Shown here in pieces: positions 14,961 through 26,967 of a stretch of DNA of 64,000 nt. The stretch lies in assembly GCA_964016885.1 (NCBI GenBank), contig OZ024741.1:71734001-71798000 (forward strand), written 5' to 3'. Source of the stretch: Eledone cirrhosa. Lineage: Eukaryota. A program made the position numbers and the translations under genes. The notes under the pieces were generated by a model that saw only the letters and a program-made list of their open reading frames with translations, ran no database searches and had not been told where the DNA came from. Numbering within the stretch: the first letter of the stretch is position 1; each line of letters begins with the position of its first letter.

Positions 14961-15106
14961 TATATTCGTGTACAGATATTTTTGCATACACAATAACAAA
15001 ATATAAACAAACGTATTTATTTCACGAGGCTCGATAAGGATAAATATATATAAAATATATAAGAACCCTAGAGAAAATCCCGAGCAATGCCGGACCATTC
15101 TGCTAG
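14255..15106 (+). mobile_element. Non-autonomous Helitron, unit 1 of a tandem dimer
   Basis: A|TCTATATATCTAAAAC start and CCCGAGCAATGCCGG...CTAG end. Confidence 0.85.
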
Positions 15107-15863
15107 TCTATATATCTAAAACAGAGAATGTCTGTCTGTCAGCTCACTACAACTCGAGAACCATCCAACTGATTGTTTTTAAACTTTACACATGTAATAC
15201 TTATGGTCCTGTCAATATTTTGAGCAAAAGAAATTGCCCTAGAGACCGCATTGGGCGATTTAGTGATCTCTCTCTATAATTCTTAGTCTTTCTTTTTAGA
15301 TAGATACATAGATATAACGTTGCGCCCTTATAATATCTGTCTGACTGTCTGCATTGACATTATGATGTGTGTATATATATATTCTTATGTCAGGGAACGT
15401 CTTCACGAACCAAAGTATCGTCTTCCTGTTTTCCTTCGGTTGCAATGTTTTTCGAAATATTTACTTCTGCGTTCACAGATTGATTTTTTTTAGTTTCAGA
15501 AGATCCTGTTAAGGGTGAAAGCAGCGATTCTTTGCTTAAACTTTAATATGTTATTTTAAAATAGATATTCGTGTACAGATATTTTTGCATACACAAAAAC
15601 AAAATATAAATAAACAAGGCCGGCGATTACATAATCACATGCATCACTGACAGATATTTTTGCATACACAAAAACATTTCGAAATATTTACTTCTGTGTT
15701 CACAGATTATATAATTATATATTTGTGTACAGATATTTTTGCATACACAATAACAAAATATAAACAAACATATTTATTTCACGAGGCTTGATAAGGATAA
15801 ATATATATCAAATATATAAGAACCCTAGAGCAAATTCCAAGCAACGCTAGGCCATTCTGCTAG
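15107..15863 (+). mobile_element. Non-autonomous Helitron, unit 2 of a tandem dimer
   Basis: Starts with TC immediately after the CTAG of unit 1. Ends GCCATTCTGCTAG|T with a decayed hairpin. Confidence 0.85.
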
Positions 15864-16534
15864 TTATAACTATATTTGGTGCAGGAAACCTCTAATCTTG
15901 CAACTTAGTACCTATTCATCAATAGATAGGTATGAGGAACTACAATTAACTGTTGTATACAGTGTAGAGGAGCAGTTTGTGTATGTGTGTGTGTTTACTG
16001 TTTAGTCAGAGAAGCAAGAGGAAAGCCAATAACTCTTTTTAAGGTTTCTGAGATTGGTAGAAGGGAGGAGTATATACTCAAACCAGAGACCTGGCCAGAA
16101 TACTTGCAAGAGAGTTGGCTCTGCTAAAGATTCTCATGAGCCAGATGGCTTACGTTTCTCACTTCAGTAGACCACTGCAGGATTTGAACTCAGAATGCAA
16201 CCCATGCTAGCATTAAAAAGAAAACTGACATAAAATGATATCTCATCTGATATTTTAACAGCTCTGTTAATCTACCATATTGGACTGGCACTTTATTTCA
16301 TTAAAGTTGACTTTGGCAGGATTTGAACTCGGAGCACAGAGGAACTGGAACAAATATTGCAAGGCATTTTGTCGATTGCTCTGATGACTTAGCCAGATTG
16401 ATGTATAATATTAAATACATGCCTATCCACTTAGCCAGATTGATGTATAATATTAAATACATGACAAACTGGTAGAACAGATGTTAAACAAGATCAGGAG
16501 GATAATGGCCATGGGGATCATCATGATTATAATG

Positions 16535-17120
16535 ATGTTTGTGATGGTGGTGGTGATTGTGATGGAGGGTGTGGTGGTTGTGGTGGTTGTAGTTGTGGTG
16601 GGTGTGGTGATTGTGGTTGTGGTGGTGTGGTGGTTGTAGTTGTGGTGGGTGTGGTGATTGTGGTTGTGGTTGTAGTTGTGGTGGGTGTGGTGATTGTGGT
16701 TGTGGTGGTGTGGTGATTGTGGTTGTGGTGGGTGGTGTGGTGGTGGTGATTGTGGTTGTGGTGGGTGTTGTGGTGTTGTGGTTGTGGTGGGTGTGGTGGT
16801 TGCAGGTGTGGTGGGTGTGTGGTGGTTATGGGTGTGGTGATTGTTGTGGTAGTTGTGGTGATTGTGGTTGTGAGTGTGGTGGTGGTTGTGTGGTGGGTGT
16901 GGTTGTGGTGGTTGTGGTTGTGTGTGGTGGTTTGTGGTTGTGGTGGTTGTGGTGGGTGTGGTGGTTGTGGTGGTGGTTGTGGTGGTTGTGGTTGTGGGTG
17001 TGGTTGTTGTGGTGGGTGTGGTGGTGTGTGGTGGTTGTGGGTGTGGTGGTGGTTGTGGTTGTGATGGGTGTGGTGGTTGTGGTGGGTGTGGTCGTTGTGG
17101 GTGTTTTGGTGGTGGTGCTG
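16535..17120. repeat. GGT/GTT/GTG low-complexity array
   Basis: Directly visible. The Thr/Pro, Val and Gly/Cys ORFs derive from it. Confidence 0.95.
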
Positions 17121-17459
17121 ATAGCAATGGTAGTTATGACAAATGTGGTAATGGTTGTTGAGCTAGTGATGGTGATGTTAGCAGGGTGTTATTGTAGTGA
17201 TGACGATGGTGATGATATTAGCCCGAGTGGGGTGGAGGTTGCTGATATTGGTTGTAATAGTCATGGGGGTGGGTGATGGTGATAATTGTGATTGTGCATT
17301 GGATTGCTTATTAGAATTGATCCGAGCCCCTCTTGTGACTATCTGTTATCACTATGTTTCATGATGTATGAAATGACTTTCCATTTAAGGAGGGGTTGAG
17401 GAGCCAGGGAAATCCTCTTAAGAAAGCAGATCCTAATTTGGTAGGGAAGAGGGTAGTGA

Positions 17460-18076
17460 TAGTGGTGTGGTGCTGGTGCTGAAGAGGGCAACCTGGGATG
17501 GCAGACAGAGAAGAGATCATGCTGGTGATGATGATGGCTGTGGTGATGGTGTGTTGATAGTGGTGATGTTGATGGTGCTGAGGAGGTCAACATGGGATGG
17601 TGGCAATGGTGGTGCTAGTGGCAGTGGTGGTGCTGAAGAGTCATCAGAGGGGTGGGGTGTGCAGGGGAAAATTTCATGGGGTTGTTGGTGTTGATGGTGC
17701 TGAAGAGGGCAACATAGGATGGTCGCAGAGGCAGTGGTGGTGGTGGTGGTTCTACTGCTGCTGGTGCTGAAGAGAGCATCATGGTGTGGTAGGGCAGGGA
17801 AAGATTTCATGGTGATGTTGGTGTTGATAGGGCTGATGAAGGCAACATGGGGTGGTAGCAGTGGTGGTGATGGTGCTGAAGAGAGCATCATAGTGTGGTG
17901 GGGCAGGGAAAGATTCCATGGTGATGTTGGTGTTGATAGGGCTGATGAAGGCAACATGGGGTGGTAGCAGTGGTGGTGATGGTGCTGAAGAGAGCATCAT
18001 AGTGTGGTGGGGCAGGGAAAGATTTCATGGAGATGTTGGTGTTGATGGGGCTGATGAAGGCAACATGGGGTGGTGG
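17460..18076. repeat. Minisatellite with ~109 bp period and degenerate upstream units
   Basis: GGTGCTGAAGAGAGCATCAT recurs at 17763, 17872 and 17981. Confidence 0.85.
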
Positions 18077-18354
18077 ATGGAAGTAGAAGATTTCTGTTTT
18101 TCTGTTGTACCTCCTTGAATATATTTCACTTTGTGCTTTCGTTTCCTATGAATTTCTTCTACTGATGTAATGGCTTCTTTATTGGAATGATACTAACAAC
18201 AACAACATTAGATAATAACTACCTCCATCATACTGACAACAACATCGTTACACATTCAACTGTCTCCTTTCTTGAAATCATTGATGTTAACAACAACAAC
18301 AATGTTAGACACTCAACTCTCTTCTACAGTCTTTCATTTTTCTTTATCCTTTTG

Positions 18355-18690
18355 TACACACATATATACGCATACACATATGCACATGCATACACATATG
18401 CATACACATATGCATACACATATGCATACACATGCATCCACACATACATATGCACATGCATCCACACATACATATGCACATGCATACACACATACATATG
18501 CACATGCATACACAATGCATATACACATGCATCCACACATACATATGCGCATGCATCCACACATACATATGCACATGCATATGCATACAAACGCATATAT
18601 GTGCATGCATATATACACATACACATATATGTGCATGCATATATACACATTACAGTGATACATATATACATATGCACTCATGCTCACACA
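18355..18690. repeat. (TGCATACACATA)-type compound microsatellite
   Basis: Directly visible. Confidence 0.9.
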
Positions 18691-18995
18691 CACTCAGACA
18701 GTCCTACTCAAACACCCCAATCCATACCACTCAAGTGTTCAACCATTATGATGATGAATTTAGTGTGCACCCCCCACTCTACCTCTAATCTAGTTAGTTT
18801 CTTTACTTAATTAGAATCTTTCCTTTTAGATATGTTTAAAACCAGTCAAAATATATTTCTGATCCCTCTCCCCACCCTCTTCTCTGTCTTTCTTTATCCT
18901 TTTTGTACTCACGCACATGCATGCATACATACACATCCTTACATGCATGCACACACATATCACACACATATATATAGAATACAATATATATATTC

Positions 18996-21294
18996 CGGAG
19001 CAGGCCTATAGGCAGGAGGAGAGTAACTTGGTGGTGGAACAGTAAGGTGGAGGAGTCGATTAAGGCCAAAAAGCAGGCTTGGAAAGTATGGCGGGATGGG
19101 GGAAGTAGAGAAGACTATCAAGTGGCCAGGAGGGAAGCTAGGAGACAAGTGTACGTCGCAAGAAAGGAAGCAGAGGAAAGAAAGTTCAAGCATGTTCTAC
19201 AACGCGAGGACCAAAAACGTGAGGTGTTCAGGATTGCTAGGCAATGTGTCAAGGAAAACCGTGATATTGTTGGGGAGAAGTGTGTACTAAATGATGATGG
19301 CGTACTCGCCATCACTGACGCTGATAAGAAGGTAGCTTGGAAGTGTCACTACGAGAGGCTACTAAATGAGGAGAATAAATGGGAGAAGGATAGTCTCCCC
19401 CAGATCGACCCAATAGAGGGACCAGCAGTGTTAGTTGAAGGTAGTATAATAAGTAAGGCAATCAAAGATATGAAGACGGGTAAGGCGGCTGGGCCTTCGG
19501 AAATAGTTGCTGAGATGCTGAAGGCCTCTGGAACGGTGGGACACACCATGGTCACCCGGATAGTAAACCAAGTCATACAGAATGGGGTTGTTCCGAAGGA
19601 CTGGCGTAGCAGCATCATCATTAACTGTTACAAGGGTAAAGGAGATGCCCTAGATAGGGGTAACTACAAGCCATGTATAAAGAAACAGTCAGCAAGGTTA
19701 GAATTAATAACGAATATAGTGAAGAGTTTAGCGTAAAAGTTGGTGTTCATCAGGGCTCTGTTCTTAGCCCCCTACTATTTATTATTGCCCTACAGACTAT
19801 AACAGTGGAGTTCAAGACCGGCTGCCCATGGGAACTCCTATACGCAGATGATCTAACACTCATAGCTGAATCAATGGCCGAACTAGAGAAGAAATTCCAA
19901 ACATGGAAGCACGGCCTAGAATCAAAAGGCCTTAAAATTAACCTGGCTAAGACTAAAGTTCTAGTTTGTAGGAAAGAAAATAAGGCACCGGTCCCTTCCG
20001 GGAAATGGCCATGCTCAGTGTGTAGGAAAGGCGTAGGTAGAAACTCCATTTTATGTCCCAAATGCAAAGTATGGGTGCATAAAAGATGTAGTGGGATCAC
20101 AGGTAAGCTAACTAAGAACATAGATTTTACATGTGGCCAGTGCTCTGGTGCAATAAGTAGCAGCAAGTGCCCACAAAATACTAGCTCTTTCAATTGCGCA
20201 GAGGGTTCTATAAAAATAGTGGACAGCTTCTGTTACCTGGGTGACAAAATCAGCAGTGGGGGTGGGTGCTCTGAAAGTACAGTAGCTCGAGTCAGAACTG
20301 GGTGGAAAAAGTTCAGAGAGCTTATACCACTATTAGCCGCTAAAGGGTTCTCCCTAAAAATGAAAGGCAGGCTGTATGATGCCTGCATACGAACAGCAAT
20401 GTTGCATGGCAGTGAGACCTGGGCATTGTGTGCAGAGGATATACGCAGACTAGAGAGGAACGAAGCTTGCATGCTCCGCTGGATGTGTAATAGTAATATA
20501 CGCGAACGGCAAAGCATAAACGAACTAAGGGAAAAATTAGAAATAAGAGGGATCAGATGTTGTTTAGTCGAGAGAAGGCTACGTTGGTATGGTCACGTGA
20601 TGCGCATGAAAGACGACAGCTGTATAAAAAAGTGCAGGGCAATAAAGATAGACGGTAGCCACGGAGTAGGCAGACCCAGAAAAACCTGGGACGACCTGAT
20701 AAATTCCGACCTCACACACTTACACCTCTCCAAGACAATGTCACTGGACCGAGATCTTTGGCGGTACTCAGTAATAGAGAAGACCCGCCTTACCTGAAAT
20801 ACAAAGTAAAACCTACTACAGTCAGTAGACATCTCTAACAAAACACCCCCACCTCCCCGCCCCATCCACACCGCCCCTTTCAATGTAAAGTTATGTTGGT
20901 GCCACAACATCCAGGCCGAAACAAATGAGATCGTGTAGGTGTCACGACAAAAAAAAAACACAGTCCACGCTGTAATGTGGCCGTGTAGGCAACACGGTAA
21001 AAACCTCCCAGTCCCACACTGTAAATGTGGTTGGTGTTAGGAAGGGCATCCAGCTGTAGAAAACCCGCCAGACAGTCCACGCTGTCATGTGGCCGTGTAG
21101 GCAACACGGTAAAAACCTCCCAGCCCCACACTGTAAATGTGGTTGGTGTTAGGAAGGGCATCCAGCTGTAGAAAACCCGCCAGACAGTCCTATGTGAGCA
21201 AGACAACCATTCTTGCCTCAAGTGGGAAAACTCCCGTCCAAACCCATGCAAGCGTGGAACATGGACGTTAAACGATGATGATGATGATGATGAT
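18996..21294 (+). mobile_element. RTE subfamily A LINE, 5'-truncated, internal RT deletion, full 3' UTR and (GAT)n tail
   Basis: ORFs 19047-19736 and 19673-20797 contain GVHQGSVLSP, LYADD and a PHD-like insert. The 3' UTR has tandem duplications. Confidence 0.92.
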
Positions 21295-21297
21295 ATT

Positions 21298-22832
21298 CTA
21301 GCAGTAAAGCCCGGCGTTGCTCGGGGCTGCTCAGTAGCTGTGTTAAAGTTACAATGTTAAGTTCCTTTCACATTCATCTGTAGAACAAGCGTAGCCCATG
21401 TGTCAAGTTTTGTGAAAATTGGTTGCGAACTCCATAAGTTATGACGTTTTGTTGCAATGCACTGCAGTGGTTAAAGGGGGTTATCTGCCGGGAGGCCCTA
21501 TAATCAATATCTGGAAAAATGAAAGTGCCCATGACCATCCGGAGTACATAAGTAACCTATGTTTGAAGTTTGGTGAAAATACTGTAGAAATGCATAAGGC
21601 TTACACACACACACACATGTGCGTGCACATGTTTGTGGTGTGTGTATGTATTTGTGTGTGTGTATGTATATGTATGTGTATGTCCGTCGGTGCATACGTA
21701 TGTACTGGCTTAAATCTTTGCTATTTACTTTTACTATTTTAAGGCAAAGTTAAAATCCCGTCGAGGTTAACTTTACCTTTCAACCTTACGAGGTCGATAA
21801 AATAAAGTACCAGTAATGTACTGGGTAATTGCTGGCCTTGTGCCAAAAGTAGAAACAACTATTTTAATAACCTCTGTCATTTTCGTTTACAATTTTATTT
21901 ACATTATTCTTAAACTCCGGGGCTGGAAATTATTCGGTTATTTTAAATAGAATATTAGTCTAACGACTCCATTTACACCATAAACTTGGTCTTGCCTTTG
22001 CATGAAACTGTTCTTTCTCGTTCCACATAACGACGTATTATCCTCGCTTTTCTTCCGTTCATTACCACGGAACGTCTTCACGAACCAAAATATCGTCTTC
22101 CTGTTTTCCTTCGGTTGCAACGTTTCTCAAAATATTTAATTTTGCGTTCACAGATTGAATTTTTTAGTTTAAGAAGATCCCGTTAATGTTGAAAGCAGCG
22201 ATTCTTTGCTTAAACTTTTTCTTTCTTTCTCAACCTCTCTCCCTTTTTTCTCATACCCTCTCTCTCTCTCACTCATACCCCCCCTCTCTCTTCCTCTACA
22301 GAATGATGGAGAACAATAAAGAACGCGCAGTTCTCTCTTTCTTTCTCTCTCTCTCTCTCTCCCTCTCTCTCTGTCTTTATATATATATATGTGTTTGTGT
22401 GTGTGTGAACCAGCGTTCGTCGCCATTCTCTCTCTTTCTCTCTCTGATTATCTTGTACCTTTCTATGTATAATGATCTATCTCACCCTCACTCTCTACAT
22501 CTCCCTTTCTCTCTTTAGATGTATATGTATATGTGTGTGTGTGTGATATATATATATAGAGAGTTGCTACATGTATGTAGTTTCATAGATTTTTTAGGGT
22601 AGTAGTGAGAGGAATTAAGCGTGTAAGAGAGAGGCTTACAGCATGTATTTAGTTTTATTGATTTTTTTCATAGAAGCAGGACATTTTTGGCAAAGTTTAT
22701 TACGTGTTGACCAGCCTTGGTAAATTTGGAGCACATTGGAAGAAAAATCATCAAAATCGGTAGAGAAATGTGGAAATGCATAAAAATAATACACACAGAC
22801 AGACATCTTCCGTTTTATATATATATATATAT
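21298..22832 (-). mobile_element. Non-autonomous Helitron (mosaic) containing a Meta-SINE fragment
   Basis: Has the same 3' end as 13492 (CTAGCAGTAAAGCCCGGCGTTGCTCGGGG). The AGACAGAC..TTTTATATATA end near 22830 merges into (TA)n, so that boundary is approximate. Confidence 0.7.
21745..21865 (+). mobile_element. Meta-type SINE 3' fragment
   Basis: GGTCGATAAAATAAAGTACCAGTAAT...GTAGAAACAA. Confidence 0.7.
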
Positions 22833-23061
22833 TGTATTCTATATATATCTTTTTATCACTCTTTCTCTATCCATTTTTCTCATTTTGCTCTCTCCATTGT
22901 ATTCTCCTCTCTCTCACTATATATGAATGTATATATAGTATCAGCAGGGAAAGCAATGATGATAATGTTTGATGATGTGTGTCCAGGTCCATTTTTATGC
23001 TTATGTCCTGTAACTTAACAGTTCAACAAAAAAGTTCGATAAAATAACCACCACCACCTCT

Positions 23062-23520
23062 CCTCCACCTCCTCCTCCTCCTCCTCCTCCTCCTCCTCCT
23101 CCTCCTCCTCCTCCTATTTCCTCTTCTTCTTCTTGTATGTTATCCAACCATCTTGCTTGGAGTCTACCCCTGGGTCTCCTGCCAGTTGGTTTTGCCTGTA
23201 AAATCTGTCAAGCAATGTTTTCCTGAGACATTCTAACCTCTTGTCGATAATATTGGAGCTATGATCTCTTATTTCAGAGAAATTGTGGCTCTACCTCGAC
23301 TGACTCTCTGATCTTCAAGCTACGCATTCTATCAAGTAATGTTATTCTAAAGACCCTTTAGAGAAATCTAATTTCGGTCACTTGCATTCCTGATTGTCTT
23401 CTTTTGCTCATTACTCAAGATTCATGTCCATAGGTAAGGGTTGGCACGAATACCAAATTGAAGATAGCGAGTTTGGCTTTTACGTCTACCTCCCTTCATT
23501 AGATGACCGAATGAGTATTG
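23062..23520 (-). mobile_element. Old RTE (Expander/Rex3-like) 3' fragment with (GAA)/(GGA)n tail
   Basis: Minus strand translates FVPTLTYGHES*VM and AKPTGRRPRGRLQARWLDN, with many stops. Confidence 0.65.
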
Positions 23521-24763
23521 TCACCTCTCCTGTTCATAGTGTTCATGAATAGGATTAATGGGTGTAGGATCAGTCAGCTGGAATTTGCATGATATGGTAT
23601 TTCTTAACTTGTCAGAAGGTGGTCTTTGACATGCACTTGATAGGTTTGATGTTGAGTGCTGCATGGCTGGAATGAAAATCAGTGCTGCATAGACTAAGAC
23701 ACTTGTCATCTCAAGGAAGTCTACACAGTGCACACTACATATGAGTGGAGTTTTACTGGAGCAAATGAAGTTCAAGTATCTTAGGGCCATGTTCACATCT
23801 GATAAAAGGCAGGAGGGGTTGATATGATTGTTTAAATCAAGGTGCTACCCTCAGTATGGCTACAGTTAATTAACTGAAACAAGTAAAAGAATAAAAGAAT
23901 ACACAAATGCACACAGACCAAGAAAGAATACATGGTTTTGACTGAATTGAAACTGAATGAAAGCTATGGTTGCATATATGTATTAACAAATTCTATTTAT
24001 TCAGCTACATATTGCTTGTAATTGGGTGTTACAAGTTCACAAGACAATGATATTTACTATGAATTCAATACAATTCTAAATACAACATTAACATATTTCT
24101 ATTTTTTAAATATTTATCCTGATCTTTCTGTGTGTGTGGTGGAGTATAGAGAGGTTTGCCTTCTATTAGAAATGACATGGTGTTTTATAAACACTTCCTT
24201 CTATGTATTTTTTATTTACTTTTCCATATATTATTTAAAGCATTTTATTTCTCCATCATCAGCAGCAGCAGCAGCATTTAATGTACATTTTTTTCCTGCT
24301 AGCAAGGGTTAGATGGGTCATTACAGTCTGAGTTAGTACTCAAGTAGGGCTTCTGCCCTTTCAGATAGGCTGATGGCCTGCACCTCACTTAATTATGATC
24401 CTGCTCTCTACCAAGTGCATAGGGATTTGTTATATTTTTGACGCAGCTGAAGGGTCATTTCAACCCTTTGTTTGGCAAGTTTTCTATGGCTGGATGCCCT
24501 TCTTACCAGCAGCCACTGTACAGAGTGTACTGGGTGTGTTTATCGTGTACATCACCAATACTAGGTAGATTCTCATGTCTTTGACACAACTGAAGGGTCC
24601 TTCTAACCCTTTGTTATATATATATATCAATATATATATTTATAAAGACATTATATACACACATTATATACACAAAAAGATTAGCATCAGGAAAAGCTGT
24701 AAAACATTATCTCAAAACATTCAGTCCAACTCGTGCCAGCATAGAAAAGTGGATGTAATAACT

Positions 24764-24958
24764 AATAATTGTTTCTACCATTGGCACAAGGCCAGTAATT
24801 ACCCAGTACATTACTGGTACTTTATTTTATCGACCCCGTAAGGATGAAAGCCAAAGTTAACCTTGGCGGGATTTGAACTCAGAATGGCAAGGACCGTAAC
24901 TCTATGCGTCAAAGCATGGCGTCCGACCCTCTACCGATACTGCCAATCCACCGCCCGG
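24764..24958 (-). mobile_element. Full-length Meta-type tRNA-derived SINE
   Basis: Minus strand GGCGGTGGATTGGCAGTATCGGTAG...GAGTTCAAATCCC...CTTTCATCCTTACGGGGTCGATAAA...AGAAACAATTATT. Confidence 0.8.
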
Positions 24959-25461
24959 TAATAACTAATAATGATGATGTTTATGTAGAGAATTGGATTC
25001 TCAATCATGAGGTTGTGAGTTTGATTCCCGGACCGGGCAATGCGTTATGTCCTTCTACCTGAATTTGCAATAGATAGTATTAGCAATTGCAATTGCAAAG
25101 ACCAATGATAAAGTCGTTTCCTTGGTTCAATTTGATGAAAGTCTTTGATTATCAAACATATATGCAGTAAAGTACAATTACTTTGTTCTACCTAACTGTC
25201 TACCTATTTATCTACCTATCTACTGCTACCAGGATCTGTGCTTTGCTGTTATTGTTGTTCAATATATATAAATAGATAGCTATAGGTTGACAGTGAGTCA
25301 GTCAGAGAGATAGGTAGGTATATAGATGGTTATGTTGGTATATATATATATATTTAGTAGTTAGGTAGAGAGCTAGGTTTCATATAGAGTTTAATAGATA
25401 GCTAGACGGATAGATAGGTATATAGATAGACAATTAGGTAGATAGATAGATAGCTATGTAT

Positions 25462-25685
25462 CAGGAATGCCAAACATGCGGCCTGCAGGCTGCGTGCGGC
25501 CCTTTACAAGCACACCTGCGGCTCGCGTAAAGGTTTTTACAGCGTGACCATGTTTTAGCTTCGTAATATAAAATTAAAAAAATGTGTTGTAAAGTGCGCA
25601 ATTAGTTGTCGAGTGTGGCCCTCAGACAACACATATGTGACCCATGTGGCCCTTGAGGTACATGACCCTCATTTTGACATGCCTG
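25462..25685. mobile_element. hAT-type MITE
   Basis: TIRs CAGGAATGCCAAA / TTTGACATGCCTG, GCGGCC subterminal repeats, and an imperfect 8-bp TSD CTATGTAT/CTATAGAT. Confidence 0.75.
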
Positions 25686-25834
25686 CTATAGATAGAGGTT
25701 GCTTGACCAGTGACTTGTTTATTAACATTGAGAAAGAGAGGTAGGCAGAAAGATATATTTCCAAACTATATCATATTTCCAAGACATCATTTTCCAAACT
25801 AATCTAACACAAAGTGGCACTTGTGTTTTATTAT

Positions 25835-25891
<57 letters not shown>

Positions 25892-26344
25892 ATGCTTGGA
25901 TGGAGTTTGGAAGGGCCTCCAACCACAGAGGCTATGCCAAGATGGAACATATGAACTAGAAGTGGTTACTTGTCTGGCCTAGTCTCAGAATGGGACAACC
26001 TACTTTCCTGCCATACCCTAAGTATACCTTTCCTGTCCAACCATAAGTGATTTCTTGGTTTCTTTTGATTGTGTGTATGAGTGTGTGGGTGTGATTTTTG
26101 TATATGTGTATGTATGTGTGTGATTTTTGGATATATATGTGTTTAGTTTTGATGGTATCATGCCATGCAATATGTCGAAATATGTGTGAATATACCTGTG
26201 TATGTTGTGATGTGTATGCTCATGAAATACAGGTTCTGTTTTTATCACTATAAAACATATGCGTGTATGTGCCTGTGCAGCATGAAGTAAATTATATATA
26301 TGTATGTCTGCATATCTATCTATTTGTGTGTGTGTTTGTATATA

Positions 26345-26733
26345 TCATCATCATCATCACCGTTTTATGTCCGTTCTTCCATGCTGGCATGGGTTAGACA
26401 GGTTGTCCTGTTGTGGGCAGTGTCCGGTCGGCTGACCTTGTCTTGCTCATACGGGAACTGATTCTGGCTTGATTTCTACAGCTGGATGCCCTTCCTAACA
26501 CCAACCTCATTTACAGTGAGTGCTGGGTGCTCTTTTGCCGTGGCACCTCCATGACCACTTTGCAGTGGAATGATAGGGACCCCAGTCCCTATCATCTCAT
26601 TTCTACAGCTGAGTAAAAACTGGAGCAATGGGAAATAAAGTGCCTTGCTCAAGGAAACAACACATCACCAGGTCCGAGAATTGAACTCACAACCTTTCGA
26701 TTGCAAGCCCAATGCTCTAGCCACTAAGCCATG
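26345..26733 (-). mobile_element. Full-length CORE-type SINE with RTE subfamily C tail
   Basis: Same head and CORE as 5941. The tail matches the LINE 3' UTR at 55281-55490 and ends in (GAT)n. Confidence 0.82.
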
Positions 26734-26967
26734 CTAGCGTGGAAGATAGACGTTAAACGATGATGACGACGACGACGATGATGGCGACGACGACGACGAT
26801 TGTGTGTGTGTGTGTACCTCCTGAGGTACTGTGGTATAATTTTAAAACTATAAATATGTATGTATGCATGCATGTATGTGTGTGTGTGCAAGCAAGTGTG
26901 TATGTATGTGTATATATTATGTGTGAAATCTATTTTTTGTGTCTCAGTATGTAGACATTGTCTAAAC

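Noticed and set aside
16453-17276. Mucin-like, Gly/Cys-rich and Val-rich ORFs
   Set aside because: They derive from a GGT/GTT simple repeat, with no splice or domain evidence.
17872-17920. CTGAAGA...GAAA resembling a hammerhead in the 109-bp repeat
   Set aside because: No stem II adjacent to the core and no stem I.
18187-18810. His/Met/Cys-rich ORFs resembling metal-binding proteins
   Set aside because: Compound CA/TG/TA microsatellite artefact.
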